Source: a virus
Taxonomy: Duplodnaviria > Caudoviricetes
IMG/VR virus record: IMGVR_UViG_3300005805_009919
Span: 1 to 26,472 of that record
Strand: one strand, 5' to 3'
Length of the DNA: 26,472 nt
A program made the position numbers and the translations under genes. The notes beneath the pieces were generated by a model that was not told where the DNA came from, did not search any database, and was given only the letters and a program-made list of their open reading frames with translations. Shown here in pieces: positions 1 through 7,257 of this stretch (positions within the stretch are counted from its first letter, which is position 1; the number at the start of each line of letters is the position of its first letter).

Positions 1-99
1 GTCTTCATCTTCCATGTCTTCATCTTCCATGTCTTCATCTTCCATGTCTTCGTCTTCCATGTCTTCGTCTTCCATGTCTTCGTCTTCCATGTCTTCCAT
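1..99. repeat. 15-bp tandem repeat (GTCTTCRTCTTCCAT x6 plus a 9-bp partial unit) encoding (MEDED)n on the minus strand
   Basis: Units at 1-15, 16-30, 31-45 have A at the variable site; 46-60, 61-75, 76-90 have G; partial unit at 91-99. The array may continue beyond the window. Confidence 0.95.
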
Positions 100-444
100 G
101 TCCTTAAAATGCTTCTTAGACATTTTGCCGCATTTATATCCACATTTTTTTGCACATCGGCTGCACATACCGTCTCCAGACTCACCTGAATCGCTTGAAG
201 AATCTGAAACACTTACTTCGATTTCATCATCAGAATTTTTGCCATCCGTTGTTGCTCCGCAACCGATCATTCTGGAATGAGCTTTTTTATTTTTCTTTTT
301 TTTCTTTTTTTTAGGCTTTTTGGCCTCTTCTAGATTTGATCCAAAAGGAGTGCTCATGCCGAGATTGGTTGGAGAAGATAAGCCTAGAACGTAACTAGGC
401 ATAACAGATTCGCTAATTAATTTCCATTGTTTGTATGAAATCAT
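1..444 (-). CDS. Partial (runs off the left edge) low-complexity protein with capsid-targeting-like leader, poly-Lys tract, Cys cluster and DMEDE acidic repeats; putative prohead core/internal protein
   Basis: Not in ORF track. ATG at 444 preceded by AGAGGA; open frame to position 1: MISYKQWKLISESVMPS...EEAKKPKKKKKKKNKK...CSRCAKKCGYKC...DMEDMEDEDMEDED. Confidence 0.85.
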   Translation of the reverse strand, partial: MISYKQWKLISESVMPSYVLGLSSPTNLGMSTPFGSNLEEAKKPKKKKKKKNKKAHSRMIGCGATTDGKNSDDEIEVSVSDSSSDSGESGDGMCSRCAKKCGYKCGKMSKKHFKDMEDMEDEDMEDEDMEDEDMEDEDMEDEDMEDED

Positions 445-473
445 AGATTCCTCTTACTATTAAAAGTTAACAA

Positions 474-481
474 TATATATG
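474..481 (-). promoter_or_regulatory. Putative T4-like late promoter box CATATATA
   Basis: About 30 nt upstream of ATG 444; fits the recurrent NNTANATA motif. Confidence 0.5.
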
Positions 482-559
482 TAAAGTTATCAAATTTTCC
501 ACATATTTGTTGATGTTAGTCAAATTTAAAAACAAAATTATCTACGAACTATTTTCAAG

Positions 560-1387
560 ATGAACAAAAAAATTTTATTTTTTTTAATATTTATTGGCTT
601 TGTTTTAATTTACGAACAAGTAAACAAAAAACAAAAAAAACCTTTTGTATATCTATCTCCTCAAGATCAAATATTAGAAGAAAAAGAAATTCCTCAAAAA
701 AATGATGGAATATCGCTGGTTGCTCATCTGAACCAGCAATTAACAAAGATTCATTCTGTTTATGATAAAAACTGTATCATTTATTTTAAACAAGGAAATA
801 GTCCAACTTTTAGAGTATTTGGTGAGTTAGCTATTGAAAAAGAAAAAAATTTTAGACTCGTAATTAGTCATCGTTTAACTGGCAAAGAAATGGATTTAGG
901 TTCTAATGACAAAGTTTTTTGGTTTTGGAACAAGCGTATGAACCCTCCAGTTCTGCATTTTTCCACTCATGTAAACCTCCATAAAACAAACTTAAAAACT
1001 GTATTAAATCCTATTTGGTTGATGGAATCGTTTGGCATCTTTCCAATCGATTTTAAAGATGCCGAAATTTCTAAGTATAAAGATTCCTGGTTTGTAAAAA
1101 CAACGAAGATTTCCTCGTCTGGTCAAAAAGTGAAATATGTCATTTTGATTAATCCCGTTTCTAAAAATATAATTGGAAGGTATTTATACAACGAAAAAAA
1201 TCAACTTTTTGCAAGTAGTGAATATCAAGAATTTGATGGAAGTTTAGCCAGAAAAATTACTTTTATTTGGTACGATGAAAACATAAACTTAGAAATTAAT
1301 TTAAATAGTTACCAAATAAATAAAGGCATCGATCCAAAATATTGGTCAATGCCTTTAAGTGAAAGTGCTATCGATATTGGGAATTAG
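560..1387 (+). CDS. N-terminally membrane-anchored protein, possibly LolA/DUF4292-like fold; resembles a Planctomycetota conserved protein
   Basis: MNKK followed by a hydrophobic stretch; the motif FRL...TGKEMDLGSNDKVFWFW...PP...H recalls planctomycete lipoprotein-like hypotheticals (from memory, not searched). Confidence 0.6.
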   Translation: MNKKILFFLIFIGFVLIYEQVNKKQKKPFVYLSPQDQILEEKEIPQKNDGISLVAHLNQQLTKIHSVYDKNCIIYFKQGNSPTFRVFGELAIEKEKNFRLVISHRLTGKEMDLGSNDKVFWFWNKRMNPPVLHFSTHVNLHKTNLKTVLNPIWLMESFGIFPIDFKDAEISKYKDSWFVKTTKISSSGQKVKYVILINPVSKNIIGRYLYNEKNQLFASSEYQEFDGSLARKITFIWYDENINLEINLNSYQINKGIDPKYWSMPLSESAIDIGN

Positions 1388-1623
1388 GATTGTTTTCGAT
1401 TCATTCTATTTTTGATTACTTGTCTACGCTCTGTTTGCAATCTTCTCTTCTCGGCACTTATTCCAGATGGATTGATATTCATCTGGGCGTTGAGACTTTG
1501 GACAGAGGCGGGTGCAGCTGGCCTTCTAACCGCCGAGCCAATTCTGTTGTTCATTGGGGTGCGTGGTGGTGTAGTTGACGATCTGCTTCCTTGCCGTTTA
1601 TTTTTGTTACATGAACATCCCAT
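1384..1623 (-). CDS. Small basic hypothetical protein beginning MGCSCNK (79 aa)
   Basis: Start reassigned from 1701 to ATG 1623, which is preceded by GAGGTG; Arg-rich. Confidence 0.75.
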   Translation of the reverse strand: MGCSCNKNKRQGSRSSTTPPRTPMNNRIGSAVRRPAAPASVQSLNAQMNINPSGISAEKRRLQTERRQVIKNRMNRKQS

Positions 1624-1630
1624 TTTCACC

Positions 1631-1807
1631 TCATAAAAAAAGTTTATTTCTAGTTTTGTAGACTGGATTTTCTTTTTGCCTGCGTGACAAGATTCTGTCA
1701 ATTAATTCTTTTCTTTTTGAATCAATTGCAGTTTTAGCTACATCTTCCGTTTTTGCATGTCCGCATCCACATCCTGTAGATTTTTTTGGCGAAAGTTTTT
1801 TTTCCAT
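1631..1807 (-). CDS. Small basic hypothetical protein with GCGCG motif (58 aa)
   Basis: Not in ORF track: MEKKLSPKKSTGCGCGHAKTEDVAKTAIDSKRKELIDRILSRRQKENPVYKTRNKLFL; its TGA stop overlaps the SD of the next gene; tandem TATAAATA immediately upstream. Confidence 0.7.
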   Translation of the reverse strand: MEKKLSPKKSTGCGCGHAKTEDVAKTAIDSKRKELIDRILSRRQKENPVYKTRNKLFL

Positions 1808-1808
1808 A

Positions 1809-1824
1809 TATTTATATATTTATA
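1809..1824 (-). promoter_or_regulatory. Tandem perfect T4 late promoter consensus TATAAATA-TATAAATA
   Basis: Minus strand reads GTATAAATATATAAATATATG, ending 1 nt before ATG 1807. Confidence 0.65.
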
Positions 1825-1849
1825 CTGGGCTTTTTTTAGAAAATGAAAG

Positions 1850-1927
1850 GAGTCGTGTGGTCAAATAAAATTGTTTTTTGGTGAAATCACCCCCTCTCGA
1901 ATTTTAAATATTTTGACCACACGACTC
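1850..1927. repeat. Intergenic perfect 16-bp inverted repeat (GAGTCGTGTGGTCAAA / TTTGACCACACGACTC) enclosing a structured 46-nt loop
   Basis: Arms at 1850-1865 and 1912-1927; inner pairing TAAAATT/AATTTTA and a GGTG-AAAT-CACC mini hairpin. Confidence 0.85.
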
Positions 1928-1932
1928 TTAAA

Positions 1933-2223
1933 CTAAATCCAACCAGTCTTTGTAGCTTCATTGATCTGTTCTATAGTAACTCGTCTCCCTAAAAATTCAC
2001 TAACAGATTCGGCAAAATGCTTTTCAATGTCTTTTTGTACTGCATAGAAAAAAGCAGGACCCATTTTTTTTGCTTCGAACAATGAATTTACATCAACCTG
2101 CCAATCTAAAAGCTCATCATCAATAAAGATGGCCTTTTCTACTCGGCCAGCTTCTCCAGCTCGTAATTTTACCTCAAACCTTTTTTTGCCTTCGTTTCTT
2201 AGTATTTCTTCTGATTTTTCCAT
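1933..2223 (-). CDS. Hypothetical protein (96 aa)
   Basis: Globular-looking ORF; AATATATA box at 2281-2288 upstream on the minus strand; no family recognised. Confidence 0.8.
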   Translation of the reverse strand: MEKSEEILRNEGKKRFEVKLRAGEAGRVEKAIFIDDELLDWQVDVNSLFEAKKMGPAFFYAVQKDIEKHFAESVSEFLGRRVTIEQINEATKTGWI

Positions 2224-2444
2224 ATTACATCTTTGGTGATAAAATTGTCGTTAATATTTATGTTTTATATTAGTTTTGAATATATATTTTTGATAATTTA
2301 TTGTTTTATTTGAATTTTTTATTTAGGAAGGATGTACTAGATAAAATTCCAAATTTTAAAACGTATGAAAAGAATGTAAAGACACAATCGATGAATTTGA
2401 ATGCACGCAAAGGATGTTTCATATGTCAATAATTTGGAGGATAA

Positions 2445-3008
2445 ATGGAAAAGGAATTAAAGGATGTGATCCAAGCTTTGGAAAGGATCAAAGGTTTTAA
2501 ATTTATCGATGCCAGTTTCAAGGGAGATTGGATCCATTTTCGCATGGATTCTAAAGCTAATCTCAACTTTCTTACAAAACAATTAAAAGAGTTAAAAGAA
2601 GAGCACAGTCTAGATCTTGTTGTTTTAGGAAACAAAAATGATCCTAAAGAAACAACCTATCAACTTGTGCTAAAATCTTCCGATAAAGTATCTGCTTTAG
2701 AATCTCTTGCTGAGAAATTGCAGAAAAAGCCAAGAGCGAAAAAAAAGCCAACTCATAAATTTCAAGAGTTGGGAATACCAGATCTATCCCTGGTTACCAT
2801 GCGGCAAATAGCCAACGAGCTCAAACAGAGATCAAATTTGACATTTGCGTTAGTGTGGATAGAAGATCATGAGATCGACAATATTGCCATAGAAGGAGCT
2901 GGAAACCCTACCCAAATAATAGGGCTTTTATCTCGTGGCACTCATCTCGCTATTGAATGGGCCGATAAAAACATTAAGTTTTTTAAGCCCGACGGAGATG
3001 AGTTTTAA
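2445..3008 (+). CDS. Hypothetical protein (187 aa), apparently two small domains joined by a basic linker
   Basis: Strong SD GGAGG before ATG; KKPRAKKKP linker; no family recognised. Confidence 0.85.
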   Translation: MEKELKDVIQALERIKGFKFIDASFKGDWIHFRMDSKANLNFLTKQLKELKEEHSLDLVVLGNKNDPKETTYQLVLKSSDKVSALESLAEKLQKKPRAKKKPTHKFQELGIPDLSLVTMRQIANELKQRSNLTFALVWIEDHEIDNIAIEGAGNPTQIIGLLSRGTHLAIEWADKNIKFFKPDGDEF

Positions 3009-3048
3009 TCATTCAGGAAGTAAATGAAGGGAATTTATAAGGAGGAAT

Positions 3049-3621
3049 ATGACATATCAGAATGGACCTATTTTAACTTCAAGTCAGAAGCAAATTTTAT
3101 ATGGAACAATTTTAGGAGGCTCTTCAATCATCAAGCCCGAAAGAGGTAAAAATTGCTACCTTGCTATGAGAGATTACGACTACGAATGGCTTTCCTACAA
3201 AATTGATTTGCTCAAAGACTTTTTCAAAGTAGACAAAAACACTATCAAAAAAGACAAAAACACCTTTCGGTGCTATAGTATTGCATTTCCAAGCTTCAAC
3301 GATCTTTATGATTCGTTTTATAAAGACGGAAAAAAGATTGTTAGCAAAGATGTCTTGGAAATTCTTACCGACGAAGCTTGGATGGTTTGGTTTGTCGATG
3401 CAGGAAGAAAAACGAAGCTCAAAGCTTACTTGAGAACTCATAAATTCGGAGAAGAAGGATCAAAAGCAATTGCGAATTATTTCAATTCTTTGGACTGCGA
3501 TTGTAATGTTCATCTTTGTCGCAAAAGATTTGAAATTGTATTTAACAACAAAGGTTGCAATGAACTTTTTAGCTATATTAAGCCTAAATTTCCGAAATTT
3601 ATCGCAGACAAATTTGATTGA
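3049..3621 (+). CDS. LAGLIDADG_2-type homing endonuclease-like protein, catalytic residues degenerate
   Basis: LTSSQKQILYGTILGGSSI (canonical ...GxLLGDG), F..LY..FY.DGKK.V, and AWMVWFVDAG (canonical LAxWFMDDG); SD AAGGAGG. Confidence 0.8.
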   Translation: MTYQNGPILTSSQKQILYGTILGGSSIIKPERGKNCYLAMRDYDYEWLSYKIDLLKDFFKVDKNTIKKDKNTFRCYSIAFPSFNDLYDSFYKDGKKIVSKDVLEILTDEAWMVWFVDAGRKTKLKAYLRTHKFGEEGSKAIANYFNSLDCDCNVHLCRKRFEIVFNNKGCNELFSYIKPKFPKFIADKFD

Positions 3622-3625
3622 ATTT

Positions 3626-3793
3626 TTAAGATTGGCATGAACCTGGACCACCACCTTGGCCACACTTTTTTACGCCACTAGCTTTTGGTTCACGAGTTGT
3701 CCTTGGTCCGGGTTTGCCAACGCTTGAAGTAGCTTTTCCCTTACTGAACCAAACTTCATCTAATTTTTTTAACCACTCTTTAAAATTAAGCAT
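3626..3793 (-). CDS. Small basic Gly-rich protein with capsid-targeting-like leader (55 aa)
   Basis: Not in ORF track: MLNFKEWLKKLDEVWFSKGKATSSVGKPGPRTTREPKASGVKKCGQGGGPGSCQS; CATAGATA box 4 nt upstream. Confidence 0.75.
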   Translation of the reverse strand: MLNFKEWLKKLDEVWFSKGKATSSVGKPGPRTTREPKASGVKKCGQGGGPGSCQS

Positions 3794-3797
3794 GAAA

Positions 3798-3805
3798 TAT
3801 CTATG
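3798..3805 (-). promoter_or_regulatory. Putative late promoter box CATAGATA, near-leaderless
   Basis: Lies 4 nt before ATG 3793 and just downstream of the terminator at 3814-3845. Confidence 0.5.
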
Positions 3806-3813
3806 CTTGAAAT

Positions 3814-3845
3814 AAAAAAAGGAACCGGCAAAACCGGTTCCTTTT
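3814..3845 (-). terminator. Rho-independent terminator
   Basis: GGAACCGG-N5-CCGGTTCC stem followed by U7 on the minus strand, 30 nt after the stop at 3875. Confidence 0.85.
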
Positions 3846-3874
3846 AAAATTTTTCACGAACCTAATTTATAAAC

Positions 3875-4534
3875 TTAGGTTCCAGAAGCTGCAGGAGCAG
3901 AAGGAACATCCTCTGCTGGAGGAGTCGGCTGAGCAGGAGCAGCACAGGTCGGCTCAGCAGGAGCAGCACAGGTCGGCTCAGCAGGAGCAGCACAGGTCGG
4001 CTCAGCAGCGTTACAAGAATTGCAAGCTGGCTGACTTACTACCAACGATCGGCTAACGATACGACGAGGAATTCGAACAACACAAGCATCGCAGCTTGCC
4101 TCGCAAGAATCACAAGCAGCATCAGCGGCAACCACAACACCAACGGTATTCAAACCACATCCAACCGTCGAAGCACAACGGCTTAATACAGTTCCAACTC
4201 CGTTCAAAGTAGTGCGAACAGGCTGAGCAACAATCGCTCGACGAACTCTAGTTACGCTCTTCTGTTCCACTACATTCTGCCCACGGCAATTCGTGCCTAG
4301 ATTGCGAGAAACAGTTCGAGTACGAGCAACATAAGTGCCTCGAACACGTGCTGCACGACCTCGGCAATTACCTGCCTTAACAGTAGACCCGCCACAATCA
4401 TTCGCAGCAACAGCAGCACAATCAGCAACAGCTACGCCGCCGCAACCGGCTACAGCCCCACCTTTAGAAGTTTCTGGCTGACCAAGAACCAAAACGGCAG
4501 CAAACACAAAAAACAATGCAACGATCTTCTTCAC
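3875..4534 (-). CDS. Secreted Cys/Ala/Val/Pro-rich low-complexity protein with EPTCAAPA repeats (planctomycete-like)
   Basis: Start reassigned to GTG 4534 (AAGGAG SD); MKKIVALFFVFAAVLVLG signal peptide; many Cys; visibly more GC-rich than its neighbours. Confidence 0.8.
   Translation of the reverse strand: MKKIVALFFVFAAVLVLGQPETSKGGAVAGCGGVAVADCAAVAANDCGGSTVKAGNCRGRAARVRGTYVARTRTVSRNLGTNCRGQNVVEQKSVTRVRRAIVAQPVRTTLNGVGTVLSRCASTVGCGLNTVGVVVAADAACDSCEASCDACVVRIPRRIVSRSLVVSQPACNSCNAAEPTCAAPAEPTCAAPAEPTCAAPAQPTPPAEDVPSAPAASGT
3924..4008. repeat. 24-bp tandem repeat, about 3.5 copies, encoding AEPTCAAP
   Basis: GGCTSAGCAGGAGCAGCACAGGTC at 3927, 3951 and 3975, with a partial copy at 3999. Confidence 0.95.
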
Positions 4535-4591
4535 TTCATTCTCCTTCCAAAAAAATTCTTGAGTCAAACTACATGACTCTAACATAATCCT

Positions 4592-4619
4592 ATTATAGTA
4601 GGTCCAGGTAGAAAATCAA
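4592..4619 (-). promoter_or_regulatory. Sigma70-like promoter TTGATT-N16-TATAAT
   Basis: Read on the minus strand, about 58 nt upstream of GTG 4534. Confidence 0.55.
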
Positions 4620-4631
4620 GAGACTAACTTC

Positions 4632-4874
4632 CTAAGTCTTGGCTAATTTTCTGATTTCGCCCAAAGAAATTTTGACCTTAGGATCTCGCAAAATTCTTTC
4701 AACTAAATTCTTTCCTTGGCTAGAGGTCATTTTTTCCCAAGCAAATTTTCTAGTTCCAAGACCAAATTCGTCAAAAGCTTTCCTTAGATTATCAAACAAG
4801 GTCTCGACAGCGTCAATTTTGTTGCTGCTTCTGTCTTTTCCCTCGTCCAGTCTAAATTCTTTAAAAGATTTCAT
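4632..4874 (-). CDS. Small protein with capsid-targeting-like leader (80 aa)
   Basis: Begins MKSFKEFRLDE; AAGGT SD; TCTAAATA box at 4894-4901. Confidence 0.85.
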   Translation of the reverse strand: MKSFKEFRLDEGKDRSSNKIDAVETLFDNLRKAFDEFGLGTRKFAWEKMTSSQGKNLVERILRDPKVKISLGEIRKLAKT

Positions 4875-4893
4875 TTTTACCTTTCTTTTTTCT

Positions 4894-4901
4894 TATTTAG
4901 A
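4894..4901 (-). promoter_or_regulatory. Putative late promoter box TCTAAATA
   Basis: About 20 nt upstream of ATG 4874. Confidence 0.45.
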
Positions 4902-4968
4902 TCTAATTCGCAAAAAAGTTAAATAAAAACACTATCTTAAATCAAACCTTCTTGCAAAGGAGAAAAAA

Positions 4969-5142
4969 GTGGCAAAGAAAGATTTTTGGATTTTCTGGAA
5001 GAAGAAAGAAAAAACCTTTACTTCCGATCAGGTTAAGGAACTTCTCGACAAGGTTCGAGAGTTTAATGCTGGGGCTATCGATCCTTATCTAAACAAGCAT
5101 GTAGATAAGAAGTTCGATGAGTGGGCGCAAAAACATAAGTAG
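4969..5142 (+). CDS. Small hypothetical protein (57 aa)
   Basis: Not in ORF track: AAAGGAG SD, GTG start, MAKKDFWIFWKKKEKTFTSDQVKELLDKVREFNAGAIDPYLNKHVDKKFDEWAQKHK, followed by a terminator. Confidence 0.75.
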   Translation: MAKKDFWIFWKKKEKTFTSDQVKELLDKVREFNAGAIDPYLNKHVDKKFDEWAQKHK

Positions 5143-5188
5143 CCTAAAAAACACCGTGAGGTACACATAAACCAACACTGGTAGATAG

Positions 5189-5233
5189 AAAAAATGCACC
5201 GAAAACAACTAAGCTTCCGGTGCATTTTTTTTT
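5189..5233. terminator. Bidirectional intrinsic terminator
   Basis: AAAAAATGCACCG...CGGTGCATTTTTTTTT between convergent genes. Confidence 0.8.
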
Positions 5234-5239
5234 GTTTGA

Positions 5240-5584
5240 TTAATAACGACAGCAACAATACCAAGTGCCGTTTGCTGCCTGAGCGTATCCAACCTCTTTA
5301 GGGCTCATTTGCCTTCGGTAACAACAGTTCATTTCGGCTTGATGCGGCGTAGACCCACTTCCGCAACCTTCGTAGCCTCGATTGCCTCCAAAATGCCCTA
5401 CTCTACCGATTCTAGCCATAATATTGGCAACACCCTGAGCAGAAGATACTTCTCCTCCATAGTTTCCAGCTGCTCTAGCTTGACTGCTTGTCGTATAGCT
5501 TTGATGCCCTCTTCTTATTCTAGCCTCTACAGAGCAAGCCATAACGCTGAAGATAAGCCAAGAACAAACGAAAAGTCTTGTCAT
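5240..5584 (-). CDS. Small secreted Cys-rich protein, minimal CAP/SCP-like domain (planctomycete-like)
   Basis: Start reassigned to ATG 5584 (AAAGGA SD); signal peptide ending VEA; AQGVANIMARIGRVGH-GG..GYEGCG...CC...VGYA...GTWYCCCRY follows the CAP order helix-His-ExxG-G.A-WY. Confidence 0.65.
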   Translation of the reverse strand: MTRLFVCSWLIFSVMACSVEARIRRGHQSYTTSSQARAAGNYGGEVSSAQGVANIMARIGRVGHFGGNRGYEGCGSGSTPHQAEMNCCYRRQMSPKEVGYAQAANGTWYCCCRY

Positions 5585-5658
5585 GCACGATCCTTTCAAG
5601 ATGCTGAAACGAAAAGCAAACCATTCCAAACTGCATCTTAGCAAATTTAATCGTGATG

Positions 5659-7257
5659 TCAATCCAAGGAATTTAGAATCCACTCAAGTCCATCTTTTAA
5701 AGAATCGTTGTAAACCACTTCGTCCATAAAGGGGGAAAATATACGTGGAACATCAAATTTGTCGATGTTAAAAAAGCTTTCAAAACTGTGATAATCAGAA
5801 CTTAAAGATTTTTCAAAATACTTAACTGTTTCGATTTTTGCTGCTAAATACAATCTATCATCTTCTTCATAGATTCGAAATGCATTACGCAGTAAATTTC
5901 CCCCTGCGTGGAGGTCGTCAAAGTCGTAAAAGCCGATTAAATAATTTTTTAATAATCCGAAAAACTCAAGTTCATAACCAGATTTATATCCATCAGTAGA
6001 GGCTGATTGAAGCATACTCATAATTTCTGGGTCTGATTTGGCCATTTTTTCTAAGTCATCTTCATCAAAATCTTCGTCAAGCTTTTTTTCTGCAATTTTT
6101 TCAAGCAGCTCTTTATTTTCTGATTCAGCGTAACTCCTAAAGTTACTAAGAGCCTCAGAGTCGGGAACTGAAAAATCCATTTTATCTATGTCTAAATCGT
6201 TGAGATCTGGCAAGTGTTCGTGAAGATTTGTAATTTCTCTTAGAAAATTTTGAACAAAATCATAAAGAGAGTGTCCTCCTCGATTCAAAATGACTTCTTG
6301 GTTTTCTAGATCTAAATCTAACCTGACTGGATGATCAGAGTTCAATAAATCAGCCAATTTAACAAGACTTTCATTTTTATTTGTCGAATACAAGTTTAAA
6401 ATTGAACCAACATAATCATTTATGAAGGGATTCTTTTTCAATAAAACTTGCTGATTTTCAGGAGAAAGATCTGAAACCATAAAGTTGTTTTCAGGCTTAT
6501 ATCCGCCTCCTTTTATAAATTCAATAATAGGCTCTCCTTTCCAAGTTCCAAGCAGCAAAGCCATTATTTGAGGATGGAATTTAGAAGATGGCTTACCGTT
6601 ATCACGACCTTTGCTTTCTCCTAATTTACGATTATTAACGATAAACGTTAGATAAGCAGCTCCATCTGGTCCTCTTAATGAAAATATATTATCCCCAGGA
6701 CGACGGCCTACGTTGCCACAATGGCCCATAGCATCACCCTCCTGCTTGCAATATCCCCTGTTCAAACTCACCCAAGTCCATCCAGAAGGCATGCCATCTA
6801 AAGGAACTATCTCCCCCTCCGCAGGTTGGGGACGCTTGGATACCTTTAATCTCTCATGATACTCCTCGTTATCCCTCGACATTTCCTCAGGGCTGTACTC
6901 CAAAGAATTTAACTTTTTCTTGAATTCACTCCAATGATTGTTTGATTGATACATGATAAAATCTCGAAAATGATTAATAGTATCACGAACTTCTCTTTTG
7001 GCCTCTGCAGTTTGCAAATTAGTCAAGACAATCGACGTTGGTGAAAACAATTCTGGATCTTTTTTTATCTTCCAAAAAAGAAATAACTTAGCCAAAGAGT
7101 CTTTAATGTCTTGTCTTAGCTGAAAAGACTGATTTATTATTTCTTTTATTTCTTTTGATAAAAATTGAACGTTTTCTACAGATGAAATTTTGCGATCTTT
7201 TAAATATTGTGTAACGGTTGATTCTTCTAATAGCCACTCTTTGAATAACAATTGCAT
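5659..7257 (-). CDS. 532-aa protein with capsid-targeting-like leader and a central PcfJ-like domain
   Basis: Begins MQLLFKEWLLEE; EGDAMGHCG...IFSLR...YLTF...ESKGRDNGKP at about 6550-6790 matches the PcfJ pattern EG..M.HC / SLR / KG..N..P. Confidence 0.7.
   Translation of the reverse strand: MQLLFKEWLLEESTVTQYLKDRKISSVENVQFLSKEIKEIINQSFQLRQDIKDSLAKLFLFWKIKKDPELFSPTSIVLTNLQTAEAKREVRDTINHFRDFIMYQSNNHWSEFKKKLNSLEYSPEEMSRDNEEYHERLKVSKRPQPAEGEIVPLDGMPSGWTWVSLNRGYCKQEGDAMGHCGNVGRRPGDNIFSLRGPDGAAYLTFIVNNRKLGESKGRDNGKPSSKFHPQIMALLLGTWKGEPIIEFIKGGGYKPENNFMVSDLSPENQQVLLKKNPFINDYVGSILNLYSTNKNESLVKLADLLNSDHPVRLDLDLENQEVILNRGGHSLYDFVQNFLREITNLHEHLPDLNDLDIDKMDFSVPDSEALSNFRSYAESENKELLEKIAEKKLDEDFDEDDLEKMAKSDPEIMSMLQSASTDGYKSGYELEFFGLLKNYLIGFYDFDDLHAGGNLLRNAFRIYEEDDRLYLAAKIETVKYFEKSLSSDYHSFESFFNIDKFDVPRIFSPFMDEVVYNDSLKDGLEWILNSLD

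Noticed and set aside
1-99. Possible CRISPR array from the 15-bp repeats (also the 24-bp repeats at 3924-4008)
   Set aside because: Repeats are contiguous with no spacers, are multiples of 3 and lie in coding frames.
14-280. Plus-strand poly-Ser (MSSSS)n ORF
   Set aside because: Antisense shadow of the minus-strand 1-444 gene, which has an SD, a promoter box and a leader motif.
1390-1636. Plus-strand ORFs 1390-1578 and 1412-1636, and the long 1701 start
   Set aside because: They overlap better-supported minus-strand genes; the 1701 extension overlaps the 1631-1807 ORF and lacks an SD.
2310-2432. Tiny plus-strand ORF ending in GCFICQ upstream of 2445
   Set aside because: 13-40 codons with no convincing SD; cannot be supported.
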